Of a stretch of 64,000 nucleotides of DNA, positions 29,665 through 38,833 are shown one piece after another. The DNA is from a bacterium (lineage in GTDB: Bacteria > Patescibacteriota > Minisyncoccia > Phycocordibacterales > UBA2100). Each line of letters begins with the position of its first letter. The first letter of the stretch is position 1. The translations under genes and the position numbers were made by a program. Under the pieces are notes generated by a model. The model was not told the origin of the DNA, did no database searches, and worked only from the letters and a program-made list of their open reading frames with translations. Location: positions 65,368 to 129,367 of the forward strand of contig RFQR01000002.1 in the NCBI GenBank assembly GCA_009924895.1, written 5' to 3'.

Positions 29665-30123
29665 TGTTGATGATAGTGTTTAAAGAAAGAGGTATCGAGG
29701 AGTACCTAACATGTCACGTCTTGTTTTCTAAGCCGGAGTACCGGTAAGAAAAATTGGTCGCTAGCCACACAACGCCCCGTCTTCCTCTTTGTGCCCCACA
29801 ACTCAAAACTTTACCGTCGCAAAGTTTCGGTCGCCGGCCCCGCATCGCGGTTGTGTGTCGCTACATGCAACATCGCTGGGGCTTCCACAGACGCAGAAAA
29901 ACCTCCCGCAAGGGAATATATCTGGTCTATGTGGTCAGGGATATTTTCTTCGCCGCCGCTCACGAAATTTTCGGGAGATTTATAAGCAGAAGGAGACTCT
30001 CTCAAGAGCTCGAAAAGTTTTCGTCAAAACTTTTCTCCTCCCGGTCCTGTTCGGACATCCCCGCCTGCTAGCGGGTCCCCAGTCCTCACTTTTGAGTCTC
30101 CATGGAGTCCTACCAGTAATAAC

Positions 30124-30148
30124 AAAACCGAGGCATGTCCTCGGTTTT
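30124..30148. terminator. Hairpin (ccgagg catgt cctcgg) flanked by A/T runs, downstream of tRNA-Ala
   Basis: Seen in the sequence. Confidence 0.5.
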
Positions 30149-30154
30149 GATTAC

Positions 30155-30230
30155 TGGTGGACCCATGGAGACTCGAACTCCAGACCTTCCGCTTGCAAAG
30201 CGGTTGCTCTACCAACTGAGCTATGGGCCC
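30155..30230 (-). tRNA. tRNA-Ala (anticodon UGC)
   Basis: Reverse-complement cloverleaf: GGGCCCA acceptor stem with a G3:U70 pair, GCUC/GAGC D-stem, UUUGCAA anticodon loop, GGAGUUCGAGUCUCC T-arm and an encoded CCA. Confidence 0.9.
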
Positions 30231-30374
30231 TTATAGGGGGTACTAGCTACAAGGAGATAGTGTTTAGAAAAACCAAACACAAATCCAAGCTAGGTGGACA
30301 CATTATGCAGTGGGTGCCATTTTTTCGCAATGGAGTGGAAAAATGAAGGCGGCACTCACAGAGTGCCGCCTCGG

Positions 30375-30596
30375 CTATCGTCCCAACCGTCCAAGCTGAT
30401 CCGCAACTTCACGCAGTGCGGTAGAAAGCTTTGTCGTGAGCTTGAGATGGATTGGGCCGTCAATGAAACAGACACCATTTTTATCTCCCAGACCCCACAC
30501 GGTTACTTCAGTGGGGTGCAGCGATACTCTAATTTGCGTGATACGAGTCAGGTCTTCATCGTTTAGCGGAGGCATGCTTCTGCGCAGATGTGCCAT
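30375..30596 (-). CDS. Small hypothetical protein (73 aa)
   Basis: ORF only. Confidence 0.35.
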   Translation of the reverse strand: MAHLRRSMPPLNDEDLTRITQIRVSLHPTEVTVWGLGDKNGVCFIDGPIHLKLTTKLSTALREVADQLGRLGR

Positions 30597-30790
30597 TTTC
30601 AGTCTCCCACAGCGTTTAACTGGAGCTAACCTTACGCTACCTTGGCAGTGCCGTAAAGTACCGCCTTGACTTTGATTCAGAAAGCTCTATAATGTCCGCA
30701 AATGTACGTTTCCGCCCCGGTGCAGGTGTTTTGCCACGCAAGGTTTTAGGAAGGAGTCGATGTACATAGTTACAAAAAAAACATACTTGC

Positions 30791-31132
30791 ATGGCAAAAA
30801 AGCTTTATGTTGGTGGTCTGCCTTACGCAACTACCGACGCAGAACTCAAGGAGGCTTTCGCGAAGGCAGGATCTGTTGATTCGGCCACGATCATTATGGA
30901 TAAGATGACTGGTCGTTCAAAGGGTTTTGGTTTCGTTGAAATGTCTTCTGACGAGGAAGCACAGGCTGCTATCGACATGTGGAACGGGAAGGATTTCGGC
31001 GGGCGTACGCTCACCGTGAATGAAGCTCGTCCCTTGGAGGCTCGTCCTCCCCGCCGCGAATACGGCGGTGATCGTGGCGGTTACAGTGGCGGAGGCTACG
31101 GTGGTGGAAACCGCGGTGGTGGTCGCTGGTAA
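30791..31132 (+). CDS. RRM-type RNA-binding protein with a Gly-rich tail
   Basis: RNP-2 (LYVGGL) and RNP-1 (KGFGFVEM) motifs. C-terminal GGYGGGNRGGG. Confidence 0.9.
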   Translation: MAKKLYVGGLPYATTDAELKEAFAKAGSVDSATIIMDKMTGRSKGFGFVEMSSDEEAQAAIDMWNGKDFGGRTLTVNEARPLEARPPRREYGGDRGGYSGGGYGGGNRGGGRW

Positions 31133-31153
31133 TTTCTCGAGACTCACTCTCGC

Positions 31154-31180
31154 AAAGAGCCCCTGAAAGGGGGCTCTTTG
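31154..31180 (+). terminator. Terminator hairpin (aaagagcccc tgaaa ggggctcttt)
   Basis: Seen in the sequence. Confidence 0.6.
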
Positions 31181-31235
31181 CTATCCAAAAGTGCTTCAAA
31201 TCTTATTTTCTACAAACGTGGTAGCATTTCCCGTA

Positions 31236-31781
31236 ATGGAACGCATGCCTCGTACGTCTTTTTCAGCAGAGCATGGCACTGAGAGCCCTGTTGAGCGCAT
31301 GTTTTTGCAATCGTACGATGATTATGCTAACGCACTCTTCCGCCATGCAGTGCTGCGGGTTCGCGATCGCGACCTTGCTCGAGATCTGGTGCAAGAGACA
31401 TTTACCCGCGTATGGGACTACCTTGCAAAAGGGAAATCCATCGAGCATGTACGAGCCTTTTTGTACCGCACGCTCAACAGCGCGCTCGTTGATGCCATGA
31501 GAAAAAAGCGACCCGTATCACTGGATCAGCTTGCCGAAGATGATGGATTTGATCCGCCTGAAGAGTACACTGATCCGACGCCCGAGGTGCGCGAAGAATA
31601 CCGAGCAGCACTTCATATGGTGAACGCGCTCGACGATCGATACAAAACCCCGCTTTTGATGCGCTATGTCGATGGGCTTTCGCCGAAAGAAATAGCTGCG
31701 CTTCTTGGGGTTACCGAAAATGTCGTCTCGGTGCGGATTCATCGTGGTCTCAAAGAGTTGCGAGGATCACTTCGTCAATAA
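31236..31781 (+). CDS. ECF (sigma-70 family group 4) RNA polymerase sigma factor
   Basis: Region 2 (DLVQETFTRVWDYL) and region 4 (LSPKEIAALLGVTENVVSVRIHRGLKELR). Confidence 0.8.
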   Translation: MERMPRTSFSAEHGTESPVERMFLQSYDDYANALFRHAVLRVRDRDLARDLVQETFTRVWDYLAKGKSIEHVRAFLYRTLNSALVDAMRKKRPVSLDQLAEDDGFDPPEEYTDPTPEVREEYRAALHMVNALDDRYKTPLLMRYVDGLSPKEIAALLGVTENVVSVRIHRGLKELRGSLRQ

Positions 31782-31784
31782 GCT

Positions 31785-32912
31785 ATGGAATACTTCAACG
31801 AACATATTAATCGAATACAAAAAGCGGCGGGCGATGTCGGGCTTTCCGAGAGCGAGAAGGCTCGCGTGCGTACGCACGTCTATTCATACATGCGCGCCCA
31901 CCCAGTTCGTACGGGATTTTTTGCGCGCTTTCACCTATGGCTTAGTGAAGAATTTTTGGTGGCACGACTGCACCCGATTGCGCTTGGCCTCGTCTGTGCG
32001 GTGACAATAAGTGCTGGGAGCGCGTATGCTGCAGAAGGTTCGCTCCCGGGAGATCGTTTATATCCTATCAAACTAAACGTCACAGAACCTCTCCAGCGTT
32101 TTGCTGCGTGGACTCCACAGTCGCGTGCGCAGGTCGCACTGTTGCATACACAGCGACGCCTTGAGGAGGCAGAAGCGCTCGTCGCGCGCGGAGCACTCAC
32201 GGACGAGAATCAAAAAGATTTGACTCAGCGAATTACACAGCATGCAGTTGAATTGGAATCGGAAGCAGAAAAACAAGATGATTCTCAGGCGCTCGCAGTT
32301 CGTTCTGACTTTGAGGCGGTACTCAGTGCACATGCTGACGTCCTTGACGAGGTGGCGCTTGATCCTGAAGATGGCACCGTGCTGCAGCCAGTACTTGCGG
32401 TAGTACGTGAGCGTGAGTATCGTTTGCGGGAGCTGCGCGCGGCTTTTGCACGCCAAAAAGAAACTGAGGCGACAGGAACGGTGCTTGCACTGGTAGAGCG
32501 CCATCGCGCTCACGCGGAGGAAAAAATGAAGATGTCACCGGGTACTGACCTTGCTGCCGCTCGTAGTGCTTCATCCGGACCAGAAAGTGATTTTGGTCGT
32601 GGCAATGAAGACTTGCGAGAGGGTAATCTCGTGCCCGCACTCATAGCGTTTGACGATGCTGCACGTGGTGCAGAAAAAATGCGTGAGCGAAAAGTGGCAG
32701 AGAGTCGCCTGCGTGAGCGGCTTGCGATGCGTGACATGTCTCGTGCTAAACACAGTAATGAAGGGGTTTCTGGTCAAGAGAGTGCTGCAAGTATGCCGAA
32801 TCCCGCCGCAGCGACAATGATGATGGTGTTGCCCGCATCATCAACGGCAACCTCTACCGCTACGAGTACCGAGCCCTTACCTGAAGAACACAAAAAACGA
32901 GAAGACCGTTAA
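31785..32912 (+). CDS. Putative anti-sigma factor-like membrane protein (DUF5667-type ectodomain)
   Basis: Immediately downstream of the ECF sigma gene. One TM helix, then an LPGDRLYPIK motif and a coiled-coil region. Confidence 0.5.
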   Translation: MEYFNEHINRIQKAAGDVGLSESEKARVRTHVYSYMRAHPVRTGFFARFHLWLSEEFLVARLHPIALGLVCAVTISAGSAYAAEGSLPGDRLYPIKLNVTEPLQRFAAWTPQSRAQVALLHTQRRLEEAEALVARGALTDENQKDLTQRITQHAVELESEAEKQDDSQALAVRSDFEAVLSAHADVLDEVALDPEDGTVLQPVLAVVREREYRLRELRAAFARQKETEATGTVLALVERHRAHAEEKMKMSPGTDLAAARSASSGPESDFGRGNEDLREGNLVPALIAFDDAARGAEKMRERKVAESRLRERLAMRDMSRAKHSNEGVSGQESAASMPNPAAATMMMVLPASSTATSTATSTEPLPEEHKKREDR

Positions 32913-32961
32913 TCCACATTATCTTCGTCACTCAAGTATAAATTCGCCTATACTTAGGCGT

Positions 32962-34080
32962 GTGAACACTACTTCGGCATACGCAGCGCATCGTGCGCTT
33001 CTTCGAGTGGTGCAAGTCTCGGGCGGGCTTTTTGTATGGGTTGCTTTATATGCCGCGCTCACTCTCTCGCTTCATGACGTTCGATCGGCTTTTATTGGCA
33101 TCGTTCTTGCCTATGCACTCTCGCACGCGCTGACGATACTCTTCCTGCCATTGTGTATGGAAGGAATTGAGAACGGAATTCGTCGCATGATGCTTTTAGG
33201 AACAGGGGTGCTTTCGTTTTCCTTCGCATTTCTTGCGCTCACGTTTGGTGCCTGGGGTGACGAAGGGACATTATGGAATGTCATGATATTTGCGGCACTA
33301 TGGGGCCTGTATCGCACACTGTATCTTGTCCCCTATGAAGTTGCTTCGCGAACTCGCAGAAGTCTTCTTGTGGAATTTTGTTTGACCATTGTTCCTTTTT
33401 TGACCGCGCTCATGTTCGTTCTTTTTGATGAAGGCCCGCGCGGTGTCTTCGTAGCATCTTCAATCCTTACGCTACTCTCAATGCTGCCGCTATTCTCGGT
33501 TCCTGACTCACGAGAATATTTTGCGTGGAGCAGTGGGGAAGTGTATCGACGACTCTTTGACGTTCGTTCGCGTGAGCTCGTTGTGCGAGCGTTTCTCGGA
33601 GGCCTCGAGCGGGCCGCATTCCTGCTTGTATGGTCCCTGGTTATTCTTACGTGGGTCAAATCGCTTCTTCTCTGGGGAATTATTATGTCATTCACGCTGC
33701 TTACAATGATGCTCTTTGCACTCGTTCGTGCCCGTGTGCACCGTGCAATGCCACAGACGCCACTTGTTTTGGAGACCGCTCGCATATCGACATGGATTTT
33801 GCGCGGACTCGCTGCTTCACCTGCAGGAGTACTCTTTGTCCAGCTTTACAGTATTGCAATGCCGCAGAGCGTGATTCACGATGTCTCTGACGCCGGCATT
33901 TATATTGATGAATACACGGCACTCAAAGAAGTCGCTGCATCAATCGGCGCAGTTCTTTTGTGTGCTTTTGCAGCATTGTGCGCCACGATACTTTCTATAC
34001 CACTGACGGCGTTTTGGTGCTTTGTACTCGTTGCCGTACTCGGGACCTTTGTTCGTCTTACTCAATACGAACGGTTTTAA
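32962..34080 (+). CDS. Hypothetical polytopic membrane protein
   Basis: About 10 hydrophobic helices. Confidence 0.5.
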   Translation: MNTTSAYAAHRALLRVVQVSGGLFVWVALYAALTLSLHDVRSAFIGIVLAYALSHALTILFLPLCMEGIENGIRRMMLLGTGVLSFSFAFLALTFGAWGDEGTLWNVMIFAALWGLYRTLYLVPYEVASRTRRSLLVEFCLTIVPFLTALMFVLFDEGPRGVFVASSILTLLSMLPLFSVPDSREYFAWSSGEVYRRLFDVRSRELVVRAFLGGLERAAFLLVWSLVILTWVKSLLLWGIIMSFTLLTMMLFALVRARVHRAMPQTPLVLETARISTWILRGLAASPAGVLFVQLYSIAMPQSVIHDVSDAGIYIDEYTALKEVAASIGAVLLCAFAALCATILSIPLTAFWCFVLVAVLGTFVRLTQYERF

Positions 34081-34526
34081 TCAAAGAGTTTTGTTACCAC
34101 CTCTTTCACGTCGCTGCCGTCTGCGCGGCCTGCAAACTCTTTCATCACGGCACCCATAAGTTTACCTATACCTGCTTTATCCACGTTCATTTCTTCCTTT
34201 TTAGCGCGAGCAACTTTCTCAATTTCTTCTTTCGAAGCGCCTGCGGGAATATACGCCTTAATGTAAGTGAGTTCTTTTGCTTCTTTTTCTGCAAGTTCTG
34301 GCCTGCCACCCGCAGTGAACTGCTCGATAGAATCTTGGCGTTGTTTTGCAAGGCGCTTCAACACCACAATCATTTCGTCGTCGGTAAGGGCGTCGGTAGG
34401 TTTTTTCATCTTCGCAACAAGCTCATTCGTAAACGCCGCAAGCGCACCGCGGAGTGTTTGCACGCGGACGTCGTCTTTTGCTTTCATTGCTTCCTTTAAG
34501 TCATCTCGTATGTTCTGATTGAGCAT
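34077..34526 (-). CDS. GatB/YqeY-domain protein
   Basis: YqeY-like sequence (TLRGALAAFTNELVAKMK...IVVLKRLAKQRQDSIEQF). Confidence 0.8.
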   Translation of the reverse strand: MLNQNIRDDLKEAMKAKDDVRVQTLRGALAAFTNELVAKMKKPTDALTDDEMIVVLKRLAKQRQDSIEQFTAGGRPELAEKEAKELTYIKAYIPAGASKEEIEKVARAKKEEMNVDKAGIGKLMGAVMKEFAGRADGSDVKEVVTKLFD

Positions 34527-34562
34527 ATACGACGCAGTATAGCATCATGCTACAATCGTGCC

Positions 34563-35639
34563 ATGGAGACCATTCTGCTGCTCGTTCTCATTGCTGGTGT
34601 CGCTCTAGTTTTGTATTTGCAGTTTTCTGGTAGTCAAAAGAAAGAAAACATCGATAGTCTTTTGATACTGCAAAATCAAGTGCAGTCACTTACGAAATCG
34701 CTGGAAGAAAAATTAGGAGAAGGAACAGAGCGCATGTTTGAGTCAATCGAGCGTCAATTTGGTGAATCAAAGCGCTTAGCAACTGATATTCGCGACTTGG
34801 TCGGAAAACAGCTTTCTGACATTACGCGTGAGCAGACAAAAACCAACGAGGCGACAGGGCGATTCGTTACGATTGCAGAACAGCTTGCAAACCTCGAAAA
34901 GACGCTCAAGCACCAAAAGCAGCGCGGAAATCTAGGCGAGGCATCGCTTGAACTCAGTCTAAGCAACATTCTTCCGCCAGGAACCTTCAAAATGCAATAC
35001 GAATTTCCTGGCGGAGAGACCGTTGATGCGGCAATTATTACCAAGGAGGGAATTATCCCGATTGATGCAAAGTTCTCTTTGGATAACTACAGCCGAGTAG
35101 TGAACGCGATTGACGACACTCAAAAGGCGGAGCTTGAGAAACAGTTTAAAAACGATTTGAAGCTACGCATCGATGAAACGGCAAAATACGTGCGACCAAA
35201 AGACGGCACGCTTCCTTTTGCGTTTATGTATATTCCTGCCGAGGGTATCTACTACGACCTTCTCGTGAATGAGGTGGGCTCGGTTAAGGTCAATACAAGG
35301 AACTTGATTGATTATGCATACTCCGAAAAGAAAGTGATTATTGTCTCGCCAACGACATTTGCTGCGTACCTGCAATCAGTTCTCTATGGATTCAAAGCAT
35401 TCAAGATTGAGGAGACTGCAAAAGATATTGCAAAAAACGTCGAGGCTCTCGGCAGACACTTAAAGGCCTACGAGGACTTCTACAAAAAGCTTGGCACTTC
35501 GCTCTCTACCACCGTCAATCATTTTAATGCGGGTCAAAAGGAGCTCGGCAAGATTGATAAAGATGTTCTCAAGATAACGGGGGAAAGTGTGGGGTTTGAC
35601 GGGCTTCCAATAGGCAAACCTGAGGTAATTGATGGCTAA
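34563..35639 (+). CDS. rmuC: DNA recombination protein RmuC
   Basis: N-terminal TM plus coiled coil, and an RmuC nuclease-like core (IDAKFSLDNY). Confidence 0.7.
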   Translation: METILLLVLIAGVALVLYLQFSGSQKKENIDSLLILQNQVQSLTKSLEEKLGEGTERMFESIERQFGESKRLATDIRDLVGKQLSDITREQTKTNEATGRFVTIAEQLANLEKTLKHQKQRGNLGEASLELSLSNILPPGTFKMQYEFPGGETVDAAIITKEGIIPIDAKFSLDNYSRVVNAIDDTQKAELEKQFKNDLKLRIDETAKYVRPKDGTLPFAFMYIPAEGIYYDLLVNEVGSVKVNTRNLIDYAYSEKKVIIVSPTTFAAYLQSVLYGFKAFKIEETAKDIAKNVEALGRHLKAYEDFYKKLGTSLSTTVNHFNAGQKELGKIDKDVLKITGESVGFDGLPIGKPEVIDG

Positions 35640-35649
35640 CTACAAAAAG

Positions 35650-35676
35650 GTGACGCCGCTCTTGGAGCGGCGTCTG
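35650..35676. terminator. Hairpin (gacgccgct ctTGGag agcggcgtc); T-run on the minus strand
   Basis: Seen in the sequence. Confidence 0.5.
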
Positions 35677-35680
35677 GTCG

Positions 35681-35812
35681 TCAGGAGAGGGATTTGAGGA
35701 CAAGTCCCCCAAAAAGGATGACGACGAACAAGGCGCTGTTCACTGAGTTGTAGCGGATTCCAAAGAATGTGATTGCTAGGATACCGTACCACCATGCATC
35801 AAAGGTTGACAT
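35681..35812 (-). CDS. Small membrane protein (~43 aa), not in the ORF track
   Basis: MSTFDAWWYGILAITFFGIRYNSVNSALFVVILFGGLVLKSLS with a GGAGAG Shine-Dalgarno 5 nt upstream and a terminator downstream. Confidence 0.3.
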   Translation of the reverse strand: MSTFDAWWYGILAITFFGIRYNSVNSALFVVILFGGLVLKSLS

Positions 35813-36053
35813 GTAGACTCTCCAATTGTTTAAAAATAATCTTAACACTATTTATATAGGATGTTAATAAATTGATGTCAGAAGTTTCTGTTCTCGTTTA
35901 TGGCGTTCGAGGGCAAGCTAGATGAGTTTGTCTACCAATTCAGTTTGTGACATACCTGTCGCTCCCCATAACTTTGGATACATAGTAACGGTACTGGAAG
36001 TGTTACCCTTGCACTATGCTGGAAAAATTTTTTAGGAAATGTAGTATGCATGT

Positions 36054-36746
36054 ATGGCACAAAAGAAGAAAGTTGCAGTCTTCGACGTTGATGGCACTAT
36101 TTTCCGATCAAGTCTTTTCGTTGAGCTCACTGAGCGGCTTATTGATAAAGGGGTATTTCCGCAGTATGCGCGCGGCGTGTATGAGCGTGCTCACAAGCGC
36201 TGGATTGAACGCGAGGGGGATTACGAAGCGTACATCGGCGGAGTTGTTGAGGCGTTCAGAACTCACATTCAAGGCGTGTATTACGGTATTTTTGCTGACA
36301 CCGCAAAAGAAGTGGTGAATGCACACTGGAAGCGCACCTACCGCTTTACGCGCGATCTTATACAAGATTTAAAAATGAAAGATTACTTTCTTCTGGCAGT
36401 ATCTCATTCTCCTAAAACGATTCTCGATCAGTTTTGTCCCCGGCTAGGCTTCGACAAGGTGTATGGCGTTATGTACGAACTGGGTGCACAAGACAGGTTT
36501 ACCGGAGAAATCATGGATGAGCATCTTATTTTTAATAAAGCGAGTATTGTGAAGCGGGCACTGGAGAAGGAGAACCTCACCCTTACGCGCTCTATTGGTG
36601 TAGGTGATACTGAAGGTGATATTTCGTTTTTGGAACTCATGGCAAAGCCAATTTGTTTTAATCCGAATCAAAAACTGTATCGCTATGCGCGCCGGATGGA
36701 TTGGAATGTGGTAGTTGAACGAAAAGACGTCATTTATGAGCTTTAA
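36054..36746 (+). CDS. HAD-superfamily hydrolase (subfamily IB-like)
   Basis: Motif I (VAVFDVDGTIF) and HAD core. Confidence 0.8.
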   Translation: MAQKKKVAVFDVDGTIFRSSLFVELTERLIDKGVFPQYARGVYERAHKRWIEREGDYEAYIGGVVEAFRTHIQGVYYGIFADTAKEVVNAHWKRTYRFTRDLIQDLKMKDYFLLAVSHSPKTILDQFCPRLGFDKVYGVMYELGAQDRFTGEIMDEHLIFNKASIVKRALEKENLTLTRSIGVGDTEGDISFLELMAKPICFNPNQKLYRYARRMDWNVVVERKDVIYEL

Positions 36747-37467
36747 GGTGATTATTGGTTTTGGCATCGGAGTATATATAGCATTCATCGCCATCTCTCT
36801 TTTTGTTGCAAAACAGTGGGGGAACGAGATAGCACGCAATACTGCACCGTTTTTGCGCGAGAAAGGGTCTATTTCCCTGTTGGTCCTCGGTGACAGTACC
36901 GCCTATGGTGTCGGCGCCTCGGCTCCTGACAAAAGTGTGCCGGGGCGTTTAGCAGATTTTCTAAATGGGTCAGTAGAAAATTATGCTCGCTCGGGTGCGC
37001 TCACGAGAGAGATACGAGATCAATTTTTACAGTCACAACGTTCTCGCTACGATCTTGTGCTTATTCAGGTCGGTGCGAACGATGTCATGTTTGGAAAATC
37101 ACTTGAAAGCGCTGCACGTTCTTTGCAGGAAACAATACGGCTCGTTCACTCAAAATCTGAGCGAGTCCTTGTTCTTACTGCGGGGGATATAGGCTTAGCA
37201 GAGATATTTCCCTGGCCTCTCTCGACGATATTTTCCTACCGTACACGCATCTTACGTGAAGCATTTAAGCGTGTCTGTGTTGAGGAAAAAGCAGTATATG
37301 TCGATATCTATGCTCAACCCGACATTTTTGGGACTGCTCCTCACAAGTACTATGCGAAAGATGGTCTTCATCTTTTGGATTCGGGATATGAATACTGGTT
37401 TGATATAGTGCGCGGGTATGTCGAGAAAAACTGGCCCGAACTTACCACAACTGCGCGCGTTCACTAG
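36736..37467 (+). CDS. SGNH/GDSL-family hydrolase (lipase/esterase) with an N-terminal TM anchor
   Basis: GDS block (LVLGDSTAYGVG) and DGLH block near the C-terminus. Confidence 0.75.
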   Translation: MSFKVIIGFGIGVYIAFIAISLFVAKQWGNEIARNTAPFLREKGSISLLVLGDSTAYGVGASAPDKSVPGRLADFLNGSVENYARSGALTREIRDQFLQSQRSRYDLVLIQVGANDVMFGKSLESAARSLQETIRLVHSKSERVLVLTAGDIGLAEIFPWPLSTIFSYRTRILREAFKRVCVEEKAVYVDIYAQPDIFGTAPHKYYAKDGLHLLDSGYEYWFDIVRGYVEKNWPELTTTARVH

Positions 37468-38311
37468 GGAAGTTGTATCTTTTTACCGCACACAGGGAAG
37501 GCATGATTTACCGTGGCGACGGACACGGGACCCGTATCATATTCTTGTTTCCGAAATAATGCTCCAACAAACGCAGGTTGAGAGGGTTTTACCGTTTTAT
37601 CTGCGATTTCTAGAGAAATTTCCGACAATTGAGGTGCTAGCGTCGGTACACCTTTCTGATGTGCTCAAACTATGGCAAGGCCTGGGTTACAACCGTCGTG
37701 CAAAGATGCTTTACGAGGCATCTAAGGAGGTTATTGAGCGTTTTGATGGTGCTATGCCGCGATCACGAGAAGAGCTTGAATCACTCCCAGGGATTGGTCA
37801 CTATACGGCAGGCGCCGTACGGGCATTTGCGTTTAACGAACCTGATGTTTTTATTGAAACCAATATTCGTACCGTACTCATACATCATTTCTTCCCGCAC
37901 AAAAACAGCGTGGATGATGCTGATTTACTACCAATTTTGCAAAAACTAGTCACCCCACTTAATTTGTGCAAGTCAGACTTGCACAATAAGAATACAGAAA
38001 ACAAAAAAAGCAAGCAGCATGGCAGTGCACAGGACGCGATTGATGTGCGGACGTGGTACGCCGCGCTGATGGACTACGGCTCACATCTCAAGAAGATTCA
38101 TCCTAATCCATCTCGAAAAAGCAAACACCACACAAAACAGTCAAAGTTTGAGGGCTCGTTGCGGCAGATGCGGGGAGAGATTGTGCGTGCGCTCAGTAAT
38201 GGAACAAAGCTTGGCTATCTAAAACGAGACATGCGGTTTGAAAAAGCCGTTGAGGGCCTTGAAAAAGACGGCATGATACAAAAGAAAAGGGAAACATGGA
38301 TACTAGTGTAA
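37418..38311 (+). CDS. mutY: A/G-specific adenine DNA glycosylase-like (MutY/HhH-GPD), lacking the C-terminal NUDIX-like domain
   Basis: MutY N-terminal signature (DLPWRRTRDPYHILVSEIMLQQTQVERV). Contains an in-frame copy of the palindromic repeat at 37964-37986. Confidence 0.7.
   Translation: MSRKTGPNLPQLRAFTREVVSFYRTQGRHDLPWRRTRDPYHILVSEIMLQQTQVERVLPFYLRFLEKFPTIEVLASVHLSDVLKLWQGLGYNRRAKMLYEASKEVIERFDGAMPRSREELESLPGIGHYTAGAVRAFAFNEPDVFIETNIRTVLIHHFFPHKNSVDDADLLPILQKLVTPLNLCKSDLHNKNTENKKSKQHGSAQDAIDVRTWYAALMDYGSHLKKIHPNPSRKSKHHTKQSKFEGSLRQMRGEIVRALSNGTKLGYLKRDMRFEKAVEGLEKDGMIQKKRETWILV
37964..37986. repeat. 23-bp perfect palindrome ttgtgcaagtcagacttgcacaa (copy 2, inside mutY)
   Basis: Exact match to the murB copy. 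Confidence 0.85.
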
Positions 38312-38321
38312 ATGAATGCGG

Positions 38322-38350
38322 GTCGCTGCAGTGCGCAGCGACCCGCTCGT
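38322..38350. terminator. Bidirectional terminator (gcgggtcgctgc agtg cgcagcgacccgc)
   Basis: 12- to 13-bp perfect stem between convergent genes. Confidence 0.6.
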
Positions 38351-38352
38351 TG

Positions 38353-38778
38353 TCACAGTGGCAGATACGGTCGCGCGAGCGACCACAGCCACTCTTTTTG
38401 CGCCCAGAGCGCGGCCCCGAGCCCGATTTGAAATAGGCTCATCGTTACCCGTTGTTTGAGTGGACGGCTGCGGTATACAACCCTGTCACGGTACTCGACG
38501 CGAGCCGCATCGGTTGTCTGAGTGCTCAGCTCACCTCCAGCGAGTAGTTTTGCAAGCTGGATGCGAAGTGTGTGAGCGAATCTGCCGAGATACGGTGCAA
38601 GGACTTTGCTGAGTGTCGTACGCACCCAAGCAGGCGTATACTTGTAGATGAACAGCGCCATACAGAAGTAGAAGGCGGTCTGAATGAACCATCCGAAGAA
38701 AGGGAGTGCAAACGCGATGTTGAGCGTTCCCCACACCACCTTCCACACGGCTTTCAGTACAAGGTAGATTTCGTACAT
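38353..38778 (-). CDS. Hypothetical membrane protein
   Basis: Two to three TM helices. Confidence 0.4.
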   Translation of the reverse strand: MYEIYLVLKAVWKVVWGTLNIAFALPFFGWFIQTAFYFCMALFIYKYTPAWVRTTLSKVLAPYLGRFAHTLRIQLAKLLAGGELSTQTTDAARVEYRDRVVYRSRPLKQRVTMSLFQIGLGAALWAQKEWLWSLARPYLPL

Positions 38779-38833
38779 CTTAGTCTCCTTTGCAGACTAA
38801 AATTATTTTACCACAAAAATATATTTTTACAAG

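Noticed and set aside
29789-30346. 185-aa plus-strand ORF
   Set aside because: Runs straight through the tRNA-Ala gene and the terminator hairpin. Incompatible with the strongly supported tRNA.
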